The translations under genes were made by a program, and so were the position numbers. A stretch of DNA of 62,983 bases, the filler included, from Choristocarpus tenellus KU-1152 (taxonomy: Eukaryota > Protista > Phaeophyceae), in NCBI GenBank assembly GCA_964200185.2. It is 11 parts of 11 records of this genome, joined end to end, with 100 filler letters (N's around TTAATTAATTAA, not from the genome) between each part and the next. Parts side by side here need not be neighbours in the genome. Positions count along the whole stretch, not along the records: positions 37,682 to 40,279 come from CAXNAD020026403.1; positions 40,380 to 48,031 come from CAXNAD020005810.1; positions 48,132 to 52,772 come from CAXNAD020013670.1; 8 more parts are not named here. One strand, 5' to 3'. Shown one piece after another: positions 38,441-50,625 of the stretch; the stretch's first letter is position 1; each line of letters begins with the position of its first letter. The notes beneath the pieces were generated by a model. That model ran no database searches and had not been told where the DNA came from. It saw only the letters and a list, made by a program, of their open reading frames with translations.

Positions 38441-39361
38441 TTGTACTACTTTCTTCCTATGCTTCCTATCTACCTACTCCTGCGGGGGATGGGGCGGGGG
38501 GATTGTTGTGTGTGTGGAAAGCATGTTTTCTGTTCTTATATGGTCATTGCCATATGACATACACCGTTTTACCGTCGTACCGATTGAGGTTCCTTGTCAA
38601 GCATCCATGATTCCATTGGCAGACCTTCCTTCAGAATGAAACCATAGAATCTCTTCACGACCAATCCCACAGACTTGGGACAGCTCGCCATTCAGAGTTA
38701 TCACGCATGGAAGATCTACTTTGTTCTCATGTCTTGACTTGTAGTCATGAAGCCCTTCTTTGAAGATGCTCATGACTCCTCAATTTGCACTTGTCCAACC
38801 TTAACCTCGCACCCTCGGTCACGGTTCGTCTTTGTTCGTCTGGTCCGTCTTGCCTGGTAATTCTCTTCACCACCCTCCTTGCCTGAGTGAACCACTCTTC
38901 ACCAAAGAATCACACGATTCACATGTATTCGCAACCCAAATTCTCCACCGACAATTTTTATTTTATTTTTCACTGCTCAATGTTTGACACATCATACTTG
39001 ACCATTTGATGTTCACAAAATATTATATGACAAGTAAATCTTGTTTATCTCATAAATCTCAACTATGGACGTCAGAACATATCCTCACAAATCGAAGATA
39101 TTTTATTATTATGCATCTGACATTTAGGATCTGTAAACATAAAAACCAATGAAAACTTTAAATATATTTTGTTATTATTGTTATTTCATTCTGAATGGTT
39201 CTTCTATATGTGAAGATAGGATAAATGTATGAAGACAATTGAGAAAAGAGGAGTGAAAAAATCTGAATGGGGGGGGTTGGTTGGTAGAACCAAAGATCAA
39301 CAATGCAAATACAGTCAGTCAAGTATTTGTAACACTTCAAGTCCAGTTTAAGCAGTCATAC

Positions 39362-39690
39362 ATCCTGCCGTCGTCGCCACTGTGAAACAGATGGAAACAA
39401 ACTGACAGGTTCTTCGTAATGAAGGGGAGTGGGAAGACTCACACACAGGAGGCAAGGAGAAGGAGAGAGACAATTCAGGAGGCAGAGCAATCCTTCAGAA
39501 GACCACTCGGGAAAGGAGTGAACAAGTGGTAAGTGAATGAAGAGGGTTTTGCATGGTCCCCTCAAACCACTTGCTCTTACTCCAAGCAAGATGTTACCTA
39601 AAACATACAAGAACAAATGTCATATGAATATCAGATTCTTCGAGATTGGTTACCTTCAGGCTATACCTTCTTTGGAAGATGACTCTCACA
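39362..39690 (-). mobile_element. 5' LTR (39381-39690) followed by an 18-nt primer-binding site for tRNA-Ser (39362-39379)
   Basis: Same LTR as 54648-54951 but without a TSD. On the minus strand the LTR end is followed by G-TGGCGACGACGGCAGGAT, complementary to a tRNA 3' end ATCCTGC-CGTCGTC-G-CCA (G discriminator, Ser-like). Confidence 0.8.
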
Positions 39691-42600
39691 ATATTAAAGT
39701 GAAAGTTTATGAAGTAATCTAAGCTTTGTGGGTGAAAGAATTCTGGTTGGCTGGGGGCACAGGATAAGGAAGGGTAGAGAAAAGAAAAATACTTAAGCAA
39801 GAAGGGAACGAATTGTTAAGGATTGACTGGCTAAGAGAAGGGGGAAGGAGGTTAAAAGAAATGAGTGGTAGGAAGAGGGATGGGGGAGGAATGATCAGCA
39901 TCTGAAAAGAAGGCTGAAGACCAGGAGTGCAAGAAGAGGAGGGCGAGAACAAGACAAACTCCGGGCAAGCATTCCTGATTAAAGTAAGGCTGAAAGGGGA
40001 GAGAGCACGAACAACCAGAACAAGACGGCGTGAGAAAACTTAATGGAAAACAACGAAAAGGAAAAGGGTGAGGACACGAGAAAAACGATACAAGGATGGG
40101 GGAAGGAAAAAAGATGGAAGGAAAGGAGCCAAAGTATCTGAGAGGGTACGGCCCTGTCCAAATGGGGTCTTGTATTCGATACTGATGATTTGTTAATGTA
40201 ATTATGGGAAAGCGTCTTAACTGGTGAGTGTGATGAACCCCCGATTCACAGGGGCACCTTTGAGAAGTTGCTTCTTTGGNNNNNNNNNNNNNNNNNNNNN
40301 NNNNNNNNNNNNNNNNNNNNNNNTTAATTAATTAANNNNNNNNNNNNNNNNNNNNNNNNNNNNNNNNNNNNNNNNNNNNGGTGGCGGTGGTGGGTATGGG
40401 TGGGGGGGGCGGGGGGAGGGGGGGGGAGTCCTCAAATCCGATCATAGTATCCACCTAAGTAGGTTAGTGCACAGGAACATGTTTTCCTCCCTTTGCCTTG
40501 TTTAGGAAAAACATCAAATCTCCCCAGGGGAGCTTCAGTGTTACTATTTGTAGTGCTTCAAACCATCTACATACATCAGTGTTGATCAATTTCTCCTAGA
40601 CCTCATCAAAGCTGTTGCTATCTCACCTTGCACATGCTTAGCTTCTCCCGATATCTCATAATTATGTCCCTTTTTGTTTTAACACCTGTCCACAGTGGTT
40701 TCCACGAAGTCCCATGGTCAAGGCCTTCCAACCAGCACAAATGGAAGATGGGGGTGATGCCTACACACTTATTGATCTCCGATAGGAGGATGTTCTGCAG
40801 CTCTCTTTGTGACCACATTCGACGAACGGTTGTTATGTCTGGAAGGCTTGAAACCTTCTTGGCATGCAATTAACTGGTATTGCGTATTTTTGCAGAGAGA
40901 CCATGTTGTTTGATGCATTACACCCAAGATCGAATCATGACAAGTGAAGAAAGCTGCTCTTGCAGGGTTGCATGATTGCACAGCAGGTAATTGGCAATAG
41001 GTGTATAGTGCTGGGTTTTTACCTGTGGCTGGGGCACGTATGGGATGCAAATTGCACCTACTCCTCCTTCATTGTGTGAATCAAGCCATACAGAAATGTA
41101 AGTAAGTGGAGTACTGCGTATATTATCCCCACCACATGTCTGCACAGGAAAATGGGCTGAAGATTTATGAACAATTGAGAGCCAAGATCATACATCACCG
41201 ACCATCAAAAGCATACACCACTGCAATAACAATCACGGTCTTCCAGTGTAATCTTGAGCATTGGGAACAAAGCGATACAACCACGGTGCCGTACTACAAT
41301 CATTGCTGCTTATGAAACTTCTCGAGAATATTATGTTGCGAACATGTGTTTTCTGTTGTGACTGTTCTTTCTCCTTAGTATGGGCTTCACAGAAAAAAAA
41401 GGTGATGAAACATGATTTTTGATCGGGTCTTGTCAAAGTTTGCATGCTCTGCTTTGAGAGCAGGATTTGATGTGTATGTTCTGAAGTGCTTTTCTGCCTC
41501 CTCAGTTTAGTCCTCTGCTTTTGAGGGGTTCCACACAGCTTAGAGAGGATACTTGTACTGTAGTGTGACCTTGTTCACACCTTACAGTAAGACAAAGCAG
41601 TATAGATGCTTGATCGATTATTGTGTACACTTGATCCTGCCTAGTAATATGGTACATACGCTACTCTGGATTACTTCCTTACATACGTATTTCACATAGA
41701 ACATTTATTTAACAATTTCATGGAATCTCCTTTCTCTACAAAATGTAAGTTTGTTTGTCCTCTCAAACAAATTATTTCTTGATCATACTTTCATTTTTTT
41801 CATTCCAACCTTAACCCTCTTTGTTGAGGTTAACCACAACCCTCAGATCATCCCCCAGTTGCCAATCCTCCCCAAACTATTCGACTTGATCACTCTATTT
41901 CATTGCTTCATGTGTACAATAGTGTACGCAAAATGGATGTTCCCCCTTTCCACACACAAAGTGATATCACAATTGAACAAAGGCTCTTTCCGCATTGTAC
42001 AAGGCGGCATTTTTTCCCCCTTTCTCGGTATCTTTAAGATTCAGCCCTACCTACCTCTCAGTCTCAGTTTGACTCAATGCTAGTGGAAATATAAGGCATA
42101 TTCAACAACTGGTGACGCTGGGAGAAGGTAGATGCTACTACTACGTCTTCCAACAGGATCTGCCAACATTGATACAGAGGGGAGGGATGAGAGTGGTCGA
42201 ACATGTTACATATGTGCTGGAGGTTTTGATTGGGTGTCCAGGCCCTCCTTAATTATCAGGTACAGCAGATGCGATGAACAACTATGGCAGTGCGTAGAAG
42301 AGTAGTAATACTAAGTAGTAATAATAAGAAAAGAGTACCCCTAGTAAATAATGTGTGACTCGTCTACACTTCATGTGGAAACAGATGCCAGACTAGGAGA
42401 GGAATCTTATGGCCCAGGTTAGTGTATCCATCCCAAGGAGCTGTTGTTCCCTCAACCTGATCATAGGTGGGAGCAATTTTCTTCAGCCTTTTGCGAGGTG
42501 GTCATTTGAGAGGGGTTTGTAGAAGTTTGTTTGGTGGCACCTTTCGAGTTGACGTTTCTTTGCCATTGCAATTTATTATTGGATCAATTTTATGCGGACC

Positions 42601-43527
42601 TAGATTCCACAGCATGAATGAAAAAGCAAAGGATATGTACACAAACGTATCTGCAAACCTGCAATTACAGGAAAAGAACACCAGTGGTCGGACATTGCAA
42701 TATAAAACCATCACTCGGCTGCACCCTGTCCAAGCCACAACCTGAAATTAATCGCACTACTACATGATACATTGTGGGTCGTGCATGTGAGCAAGTATTA
42801 AAAAAGTGTCGCATGATCTACTGGACTGGATCCATACTCCACATTCAGCATTTCTAAAAAAAAAAAAACGTAAATGGGCAGTGTATGCTACAATTCATTT
42901 GTAGAAGGGCTGTAAGGTATCGGACTATGGATCTGCTCCCCAAAGCCTAACGTTGCAGGTTCCCACTGTCCTGCACTCCTGTCCTGTACACTCTAACGCA
43001 AAAGATTGAGGCATGAGCATCCCCTTGTATGCTCATGAACATTTCAGATCCCGCATACGCCTCCAGCATGCTCTCTCATACAAAAACCATAGTGAAACGA
43101 ACAACGGCCACACCTACAGATTTTAGCAAATATTATGGTAAAATATCCTCTCTCAACACACAGATAATGTTGGTATTATTACTCCTCCTCCTTTGCCTTG
43201 TCCCTCAGCCTACAACGTGAAATTCAAGAACCTCATGCCATGAAACATTTGTTTCTCCTAACAAACTCATGTGCAATTGTGACTTCATGTGGATGCGCTC
43301 AGCGTATACATGGGCTCCATATTAGCAGGTTATCCTGCATTTTAGTGACTTGACCGATGGAGAGAATGATGGGGAGAGAAATAGGCAGTGCTAGGTGCAC
43401 AATCTAAGGACAAATATTTTGGTTTTGAATTGTGCTTTGGTGATGTATATATTTCGCACTTGGAGAAGGAATTCCTCATGACTACGTATTATACAATTAA
43501 TCATAAGGGATTAGAGGTTGAGGTATT

Positions 43528-43922
43528 GAGCCAAAGTAAACGGGAAGTATCCAGGTTTTGACTGTTTTGAATTTTCAATTCAGCTTTTCAATTTCTTGCA
43601 ATTCACCCATATTTCTATGGATCAAGTGCTAAGTTGACATGAGAATGTTGATTTGTCCGTTGTTTGAGGCCTTTGGACAGAATCTAGAAAAAATCCTATA
43701 CATAACAGCCGATTTCAAAAATTGAGGATGGAGCTTTTCATTGAGGATGGGCTTGACCCAAAATTGACTGGGATAAAGTGTCGATATGTTTTTTTTTTTA
43801 TGTACCAAGGTAATTTTTGAATTTTTGAAATCGGCTGTTACATGCAAAAAAAGTCTAATTTTGTACGTATTTGTCAACATCCATAAAATTCAACGCTGGG
43901 TACCTCTTGTTTATGTTGACTC
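43528..43922 (+). mobile_element. MITE family F, 395 bp, 3-bp TSD ATT
   Basis: GAGCCAAAGTAAACGGGAAGTATCCAG ... CTGGGTACCTCTTGTTTATGTTGACTC. Internal inverted repeat TAACAGCCGATTTCAAAAATT/AATTTTTGAAATCGGCTGTTA. Partial copy at about 22094-22190. Confidence 0.75.
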
Positions 43923-46900
43923 ATTTGCAATAACAAAAGGAGGTAAATCGTCGCATGTTACAAGTTGACTTGAGCGTAGGGCTAGGAAATATGAAATAAC
44001 AAGCAGAAGGATAACTTGAAGGTTTTTTACTATAATACATGTTGGAAGTAGTATCAAGTGACCAAATAATCACTTTTTGGGGACTAGTAACAGGGAAAAG
44101 GCTGACCAGTTTAAGGGGTGAATAGTTGTAAAATGATATCTAGCAGTAGAGTACCCATACGAACGGATGAATGTGTCTACGTTCACAATGTCGGACTTGT
44201 CAGTGGAGTCCAACACCTTGCAACGTACACCTCACGAAAAATACAGGTTGGAGAGATTGCAGAGTGTGAGGGTGTACGTGTATGTATGGGGTATTTTCCA
44301 CACCCATCTCTGACTCATTTCCCCCCGTACCTCCCCTCCCCTAACCTTTCATTCAACCGTGTGTAGTCTTACACCTGTACCATTTTATGACATCAGTTTA
44401 TCTATATGTCATGTTATTTCTTTCTGTTGGTAATCGGCAAGCCTCAGCTGTTGTTGTATGGACTCTCTGCCTATGTGAACATGCTATCTTCCATCCCCTC
44501 AGGTCATACATGAATGACCTTGTATCTGTCCTAAGTCAGCAGCTGGTGGGCTGGGCTCAAGCGCACATGGGATAAGGCGAAGACCCAGACTAGCCTGGAG
44601 TCTTGGGCAAGGACGCAGCCTGTGTGGCAAAAACTCTTGTTATGAAGTTCAAGGTCTGTCCAGTTGAGGGTGGCTTCAATGCAATGACCCAAATGTTCCA
44701 GAGTATGGAAGTCTGCATGAACTGTTGTTAGTGTCCTGTTCAAAATGATGTTCTGTGGTATCATTCAGGGTTCACGTACCAGCTGCTATAACTTCGTATG
44801 CATAGGCATTCTGTTTTGAATTTGTATTCGGGGTATTTAGGACTGGGGAAGAAATTTTTGCAGGTGATACATATTGTGCATGTGGAAAGTGTGTGTGATC
44901 TACTCATGCATGCAGAGGATGTATGATGGCCGCCTATTTTAGTGAAGGAGGCCCTCTTATGTCCTCCAGAGTACACAAGTATATTGGATTTTTTTTCTCG
45001 GCATGCACAAAAGGGATGCTACAGTGCCTAGAACGTAACACTTTGGGGAAACCAGCGGATTCCATATTGGGCACGCAATTCCGGCTATGATATACAAAGA
45101 TACGCCCTTTCCCAAACTGCAGAGACGTTGCTAGTACATCCCGTGTGAAACCACGTTATAAAACAGACATAAATTTACAGTTAGTTGTCTCGATCAGCTA
45201 GGAAGTTTTTCTCCTGTTTCACAACAGGTTGACGTATTGCCTACAAGAGCAAATTGGTAGCATACATAATACACATGCCCCATGCTATATTGATTGTGGT
45301 AAGAAAGGTTTTTCGGGTGATAATGTCTCCAAATAAATGCACTGTAAATGTTATCTCAGAAGTGTGGCATTTACAAGGGAGGGGGGTAGGAGGGGGACGT
45401 ACGTGTTGAACCTACCATCCTCGAGAACAGATGGTTTATTGTGCAGATGATATCAACTCTCTCTTGAGTCTACCTGTGGGCAGTGTTTCGTCAACCTTCA
45501 CTTCATCTCTTTTTGATATGTAACAATCCATATATACCTCTCTCTACCTAGTGCCTTAGAGTGCCCGTTCATACTTCGTTTCACGTCACTTGTGAGCCCC
45601 TCATCAACCCTGAATACGATTGCTACTCGTAACGAATTGTCGCTTGGTGCCTTTCCGATATGCGATTCAGATACAAATTATTACGGGCGATACTGCCTAA
45701 ACGTATGCTCAAGAGTTTATATATATATATATATATACATATGCAGCATGATGGATTGTTATAACAGTATCCCTGTCATGTTTTGATTGCCTGGCATGCC
45801 AAAGAAAGTGATAAAGCGAGGGACAGGGGAAACGTAGTAAGCACCTACATACTCCGCTGTGTGTTGATGGGCATGGGCATGGTAACATCAATTACTGACT
45901 ATTCCTTTCTCCATTAATACAAAAACCAATATTTTAGTACTTCACTGATCTTACATGTGGTAGACATGAGTACAGGAAGAGGGTCATAATGCAACAAACA
46001 CTAATCCCATCCTCATGTGTGCATTATCTCCTGAACCTCAGATTGACAGCCAAATCCACCCGGAAGGCCTTTGTTGGCCTGAAGAACATATTTTGAGGGC
46101 ACTCGGCAGATAGTCTTACGTACACAAGAGAAGATTCTGGTGGTAGGGAGGCTGAAGCAAGAATAATGAAGCAACTGCACGATATCTGTATGCATGTGCA
46201 TCATACGGGAAATTCATTTGCTCGTCATTAGTTGGGCTTGCAGGCACGAAAGCAGACCAATTCCATGGGCAACACATACACACACATACACACGCACGCA
46301 CGCACGCGCACACACACACACACACAGAATGAAAAAATTACATTCTCAGGGTCGCAAGCATAGCGTGGGGCGCTTCATCATGACAACGGGTGTACATGAA
46401 TACAAACTTCTTGGACCACTCGTTGTAGCCATTCCATTGACTACTTCAGTACAGTAACCCATTCCAACAAACCTGGGGTACGCAAAATGTATCAACTGTG
46501 TACGTGGGGGGTGAGAGAATCCATCCGCAGGTACTCAACATATAAGACAAGACAACACATGAAACAAACACTTCTTACTGACAACCTCCATTTGTTGATT
46601 CACTGCCACTTCAAATCAATCACTGCATATTGCACCTTACACATTACCAAAGGGTGATTCTGGTAACCAGGTGGTGTGGGGGTGATTCATTCTCACTGGT
46701 GATAGATCTGCCAAATGTACCACTCAAGGAAGAGCAGTAGAGAGGCATACACCTAAAATATGCAAAAACACTAAGTGAAAAACAAAAACAACTCTGCTGG
46801 GAGGCCCAACAAGCAAAGCATAGATGATCTGAGTATTACGGAAAAACTCCTATGTAGTCGAGGTCATGTGTTGTGATGGTATATAATTGGCCAGCACATG

Positions 46901-47559
46901 AATTCCGTGGGTTGCTTCTCCTGAAACAGGACTCTTAAAAAAAAAAAAGCTAAAAAAACGTGCTAACGTGATCCACACGGTACCCATATTTGCACCCTCC
47001 AAATTAAAATGAATAAATGGCAACACACTATGCTGCCTACACCAACTTCTTCTGCTCACCCAAACCTCCAGCAAGCATCATTCGGTGGACTCAGCACAAG
47101 GATGGACAAATCAAAGTGCAGCAAAGTCAGCTGCTGTGGTTGGATCCAAGCCATGAGTGTGTGATCAACAACTCTCTATCGACCCTTTCGTTTCCCCTTT
47201 TCTATCTACCATTCACAGACAGCATGACATGCCACATCCCTCCCTTTCTGATTCCTCCACAATTGCTAGAAATACCACTCACCAGTGAGGGAGGCAAGGT
47301 GTGAGGGTAAATTTATGGCACAAGTACCTAGCAGGTAGCAGACTATCATCACCAATCGGCACATAATTTTCTGCCTAGGCCATTTATATTGTGCGCTCGC
47401 CAACATTGCTCACACAATGATATCACACAATCAACAGGCCATAATGATTAAGAACAGTGGATGGGGCAGCACGATCTTTGACCCCACTTCCCCCTGGTTC
47501 TGCCCTGCAAGGTTTCTGCAACAATAGTCAATTGCACTTCCTGGAAATGTCTCCTTTGC

Positions 47560-47810
47560 CCCCCTTCTCTTAGTGAGGTCGCAGGTACTCTACTTTCCAC
47601 CACTCGATGCTTGTAACTTTTCCTGAGCAACCCCTGCCAATCACAGACAATCAGGACGGGAAGGGACAATGAAACGTCCCAAGGGGAGGGGTGAGCAAGA
47701 AGGCATCATTCAGGCTGACACTCAAGTCTTATCGTGTGAAGCATCAACAAGTAGGTGTTGGCGTACACAAAGCAATCTACCCATTTCCAACTCCTCTCTC
47801 ACCAGCCAGT
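47560..47810 (+). mobile_element. Possible Ty1/Copia RNase H remnant
   Basis: 'FLSNPCQSQTIR', 'EQEGII' and 'KHQQVGVGVHKAIYP' loosely follow LA.NP..H.RTKH...VE.G.I...Q.AD..TKAL. Heavily decayed. Confidence 0.3.
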
Positions 47811-48166
47811 ACAGGCACCATCGCCTTGAAGTGCATCAAGAGAGCAATCATCTTCTGCCTAAACACCACAAGCAAGAAGATCACCATCATAAAGTACACA
47901 AAGCCAAGACGGTCCGAGGCACGACGGCATGAGTGTGACCACCTACAAACAGCACGGGCGGGGGGGGGGGCAGGGGGGGAACGATGATGGCAAAAGAAAG
48001 AAGAGAAAAAAGAAAGGACCAAGACGGCAACNNNNNNNNNNNNNNNNNNNNNNNNNNNNNNNNNNNNNNNNNNNNTTAATTAATTAANNNNNNNNNNNNN
48101 NNNNNNNNNNNNNNNNNNNNNNNNNNNNNNNCAATACTTCAACAACTCAATATTTCTCCCACAGAA

Positions 48167-49260
48167 TCATATTTTACACATGAATAAAAAGCATATTCTT
48201 AACAATTGATATCTGATGACGTGAAGAAACACTTGAGAATTAATGGTCGTAATTTTACCTTCATCAGCACAAATCTGCGCCAGAGACGCGATGGCGTTGT
48301 AGAATTCAGCTGCTGCGCCAGGGCTGGCATTCTTGAGACCACTCTCCAAGTTTGTATTGACCCATGCCTCCCTCCCTCAAGAATGCCATGATCTTGGTAA
48401 CAACAGTTTTCCTCGCTGCTACCTTGAATGCAGCATCGCTATCCCTGAAGTCGATTTGTCCCAGAGAGTACTGGTTACTCAACCTGACCAGCGCCCTTTG
48501 CCTCTTCCTGTTGCTGTCGTTGCTCAGATCCGGTGGAGTGCATGGGAAGCCCTCAGTCCTTCCGAATTCTCTCCGGAAGTCCTTCATAGCCCGCATCCAT
48601 GACACCATCCTGGGGAAGATGTCCACCACATTGGGGACGTGGGATCTGCTCGAAGCCACGCCTTCTCTGATAGAGATGGATTCCGCCTTCTCCCTGTTGC
48701 TTTGCGGAAATATTTCCCATACAAGCTTGTTTTTCCAGTAGAGTTGTAGATGGTCTTTAACTCCTGAGGCTCAGTCTTTGTCCATGAACTCGGGGACGTG
48801 GATGTTCAGTGGCATAGTCTTCTCCTGGACTATTGTCTTTAGCATCCTGCGTAGCATTACCCGTTGCTGCCCGTTAAGGCAATAGAAGATGTTGCTTTGG
48901 TCGTTGGGGTTGCTCTTGTTTCTTGTCTTGTCTGCCATCACGAATCCACCTCTTATGTACCTTTTGAAAAGAGCATCCATGGAAAGCCCGGTGGGAAACC
49001 TGTAATCGTTCATGTATTCCCTTGACCACTCTTTCGTCTTCCAATGGGAGCACACAGAGAAAGGCTGGGAACTATGGATGATCGAGACCTGGTCCGCTTC
49101 CTGTTTGGGATCCCTCGCGAGGTCCTTGAGCATTGACAGGCGACTCTTTGCTCTTCCAGCAGATATGCGTTGAATTCTGGCGATAGAAATCCAGAGCTGA
49201 CCAAGTAGATTCTTTTGGTTGCACTTAGGGTAACGCAACCAATTTCTGCGGTCCTCTGGT
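48167..49260 (-). pseudogene. Intronless pseudogene of unknown family (possible ParB/Srx-like motif)
   Basis: ORFs 48771-49238 and 48306-48659 are in the same frame, separated only by one TGA (48771-48773). A frameshift near 48360 continues into 48167-48349. Confidence 0.55.
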
Positions 49261-49827
49261 TCAACTCTTTCTTAGCAGATTCGGTCGTGGTCCTTGAGAT
49301 GCAGCGTAGGATTTGGGAAATCGTTGCATAAAATGCAAGGAGGTATTAGGAAGAATTTAAGTCAGGTATGAAGCTGATATGTTTCCCATGGTTGATTGTT
49401 GAAGGTGGTGAGGTAGGGATGAAAATGAAACAAGCAATGTCACAAGTGTTTAGTGAACGAGCAGACTATTGAGTAGTTTGCCGAAGATGATGTGTGTGTG
49501 CGGAGACTGCGAAATACACCATGGAAAGAATGCCTGTTTTTCATGAAACATGAAAAGCGGATGAGAGGTGATTTCGAGGGCTTTGCATTTTGTCAACATC
49601 CCGTCGAACGACAGGCTGTGAAAATTAAAAGTAGTTGAGAAGCGAAACTTGATTAATTTATTTAGTTCCGAATGCATGTGGTTGGTGGGGATTTTTTTTT
49701 CATAGACCGTCTAACGATGGGCTATGAAAATTAGAAATAGTTGATAAGCGAAACTTGATTAATTTATTTACTTCCGAATGCATGTGGTTGGTGGGGATCC
49801 TTTATTTCTTCGAAACAAAAAGGTAGC

Positions 49828-50625
49828 GTGGGCAGTGAAGCGCTGAAGTGGTGGGTAACTAGAATTGGCTACAGAGGAGAGTGGCTTCTGTTGGTGAATA
49901 CGAAAATGATGTCGAACCTTAGGAGTGGGTGAGATGCAGTACTCGGAAGAAATGGTTACTTTTGAATGCAGAAATACACTGGGGACCATGTCTTCCTTCT
50001 ACAAGAGGTTAACATGTGCAGCGAAGTGCTGCAGTGAATGACGAGAAAAAGCTACAGAGGAGAGTGGTTTCTTCTGTTGGTGAATCCTAAATTGATGTCA
50101 AAATTTCTGAATGGGTGAGCTGCAATACTCGAAAAATACACTGGGGATCATGTATAGTCCTTCTACAACAACAGGTTAACACGGGCAGCGAACTGCTGCG
50201 GTGAGTGACGAGAAATGGCTACAGAGGAGAGTGGTTTCTTCTGTTGGTGAAACCTAAAATGATGTCGAAAATTCCGAATGGGTGAGATGCAATGCTCGAA
50301 AGAAATAATTACTTTTGAATGCCAAAAAACACTGGGGATCATGTATTCCTTCTACAACAAGAGGTTAACACGGGCAGCGAACTGCTGCGGTGAGTGACGG
50401 AATTGGCTACAGAGGTGAGCGGTTTCTTCTGTTGGTGATTCCAAAAATGATGTCGAAAATTCCGAATGGGTGAGATGCGATACTCGAAAGAAAAGATTAC
50501 TCTTTGGAATGATAATAATCGATGGGGATTATCTATTCCCTTCCACAAAAACAGGTAAACGTGGGCAGTGAAGTGCTGCGGGAAGTGACAAGAATTGGCT
50601 ACGGAGGAGAGTGGCTTCTTATGTA
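49828..50625. repeat. Tandem array of about 4.5 diverged units of about 185 bp
   Basis: The anchor GCTACAGAGGAGAGTGG (or a close variant) occurs at 49868, 50051, 50218, 50406 and 50598, giving periods of 183, 167, 188 and 192. The whole unit is alignable. Confidence 0.9.

Noticed and set aside
49828-50625. CRISPR-like or guide-RNA array
   Set aside because: The entire unit is homologous between copies, there are no unique spacers, and no cas or TnpB/Fanzor motifs were seen.
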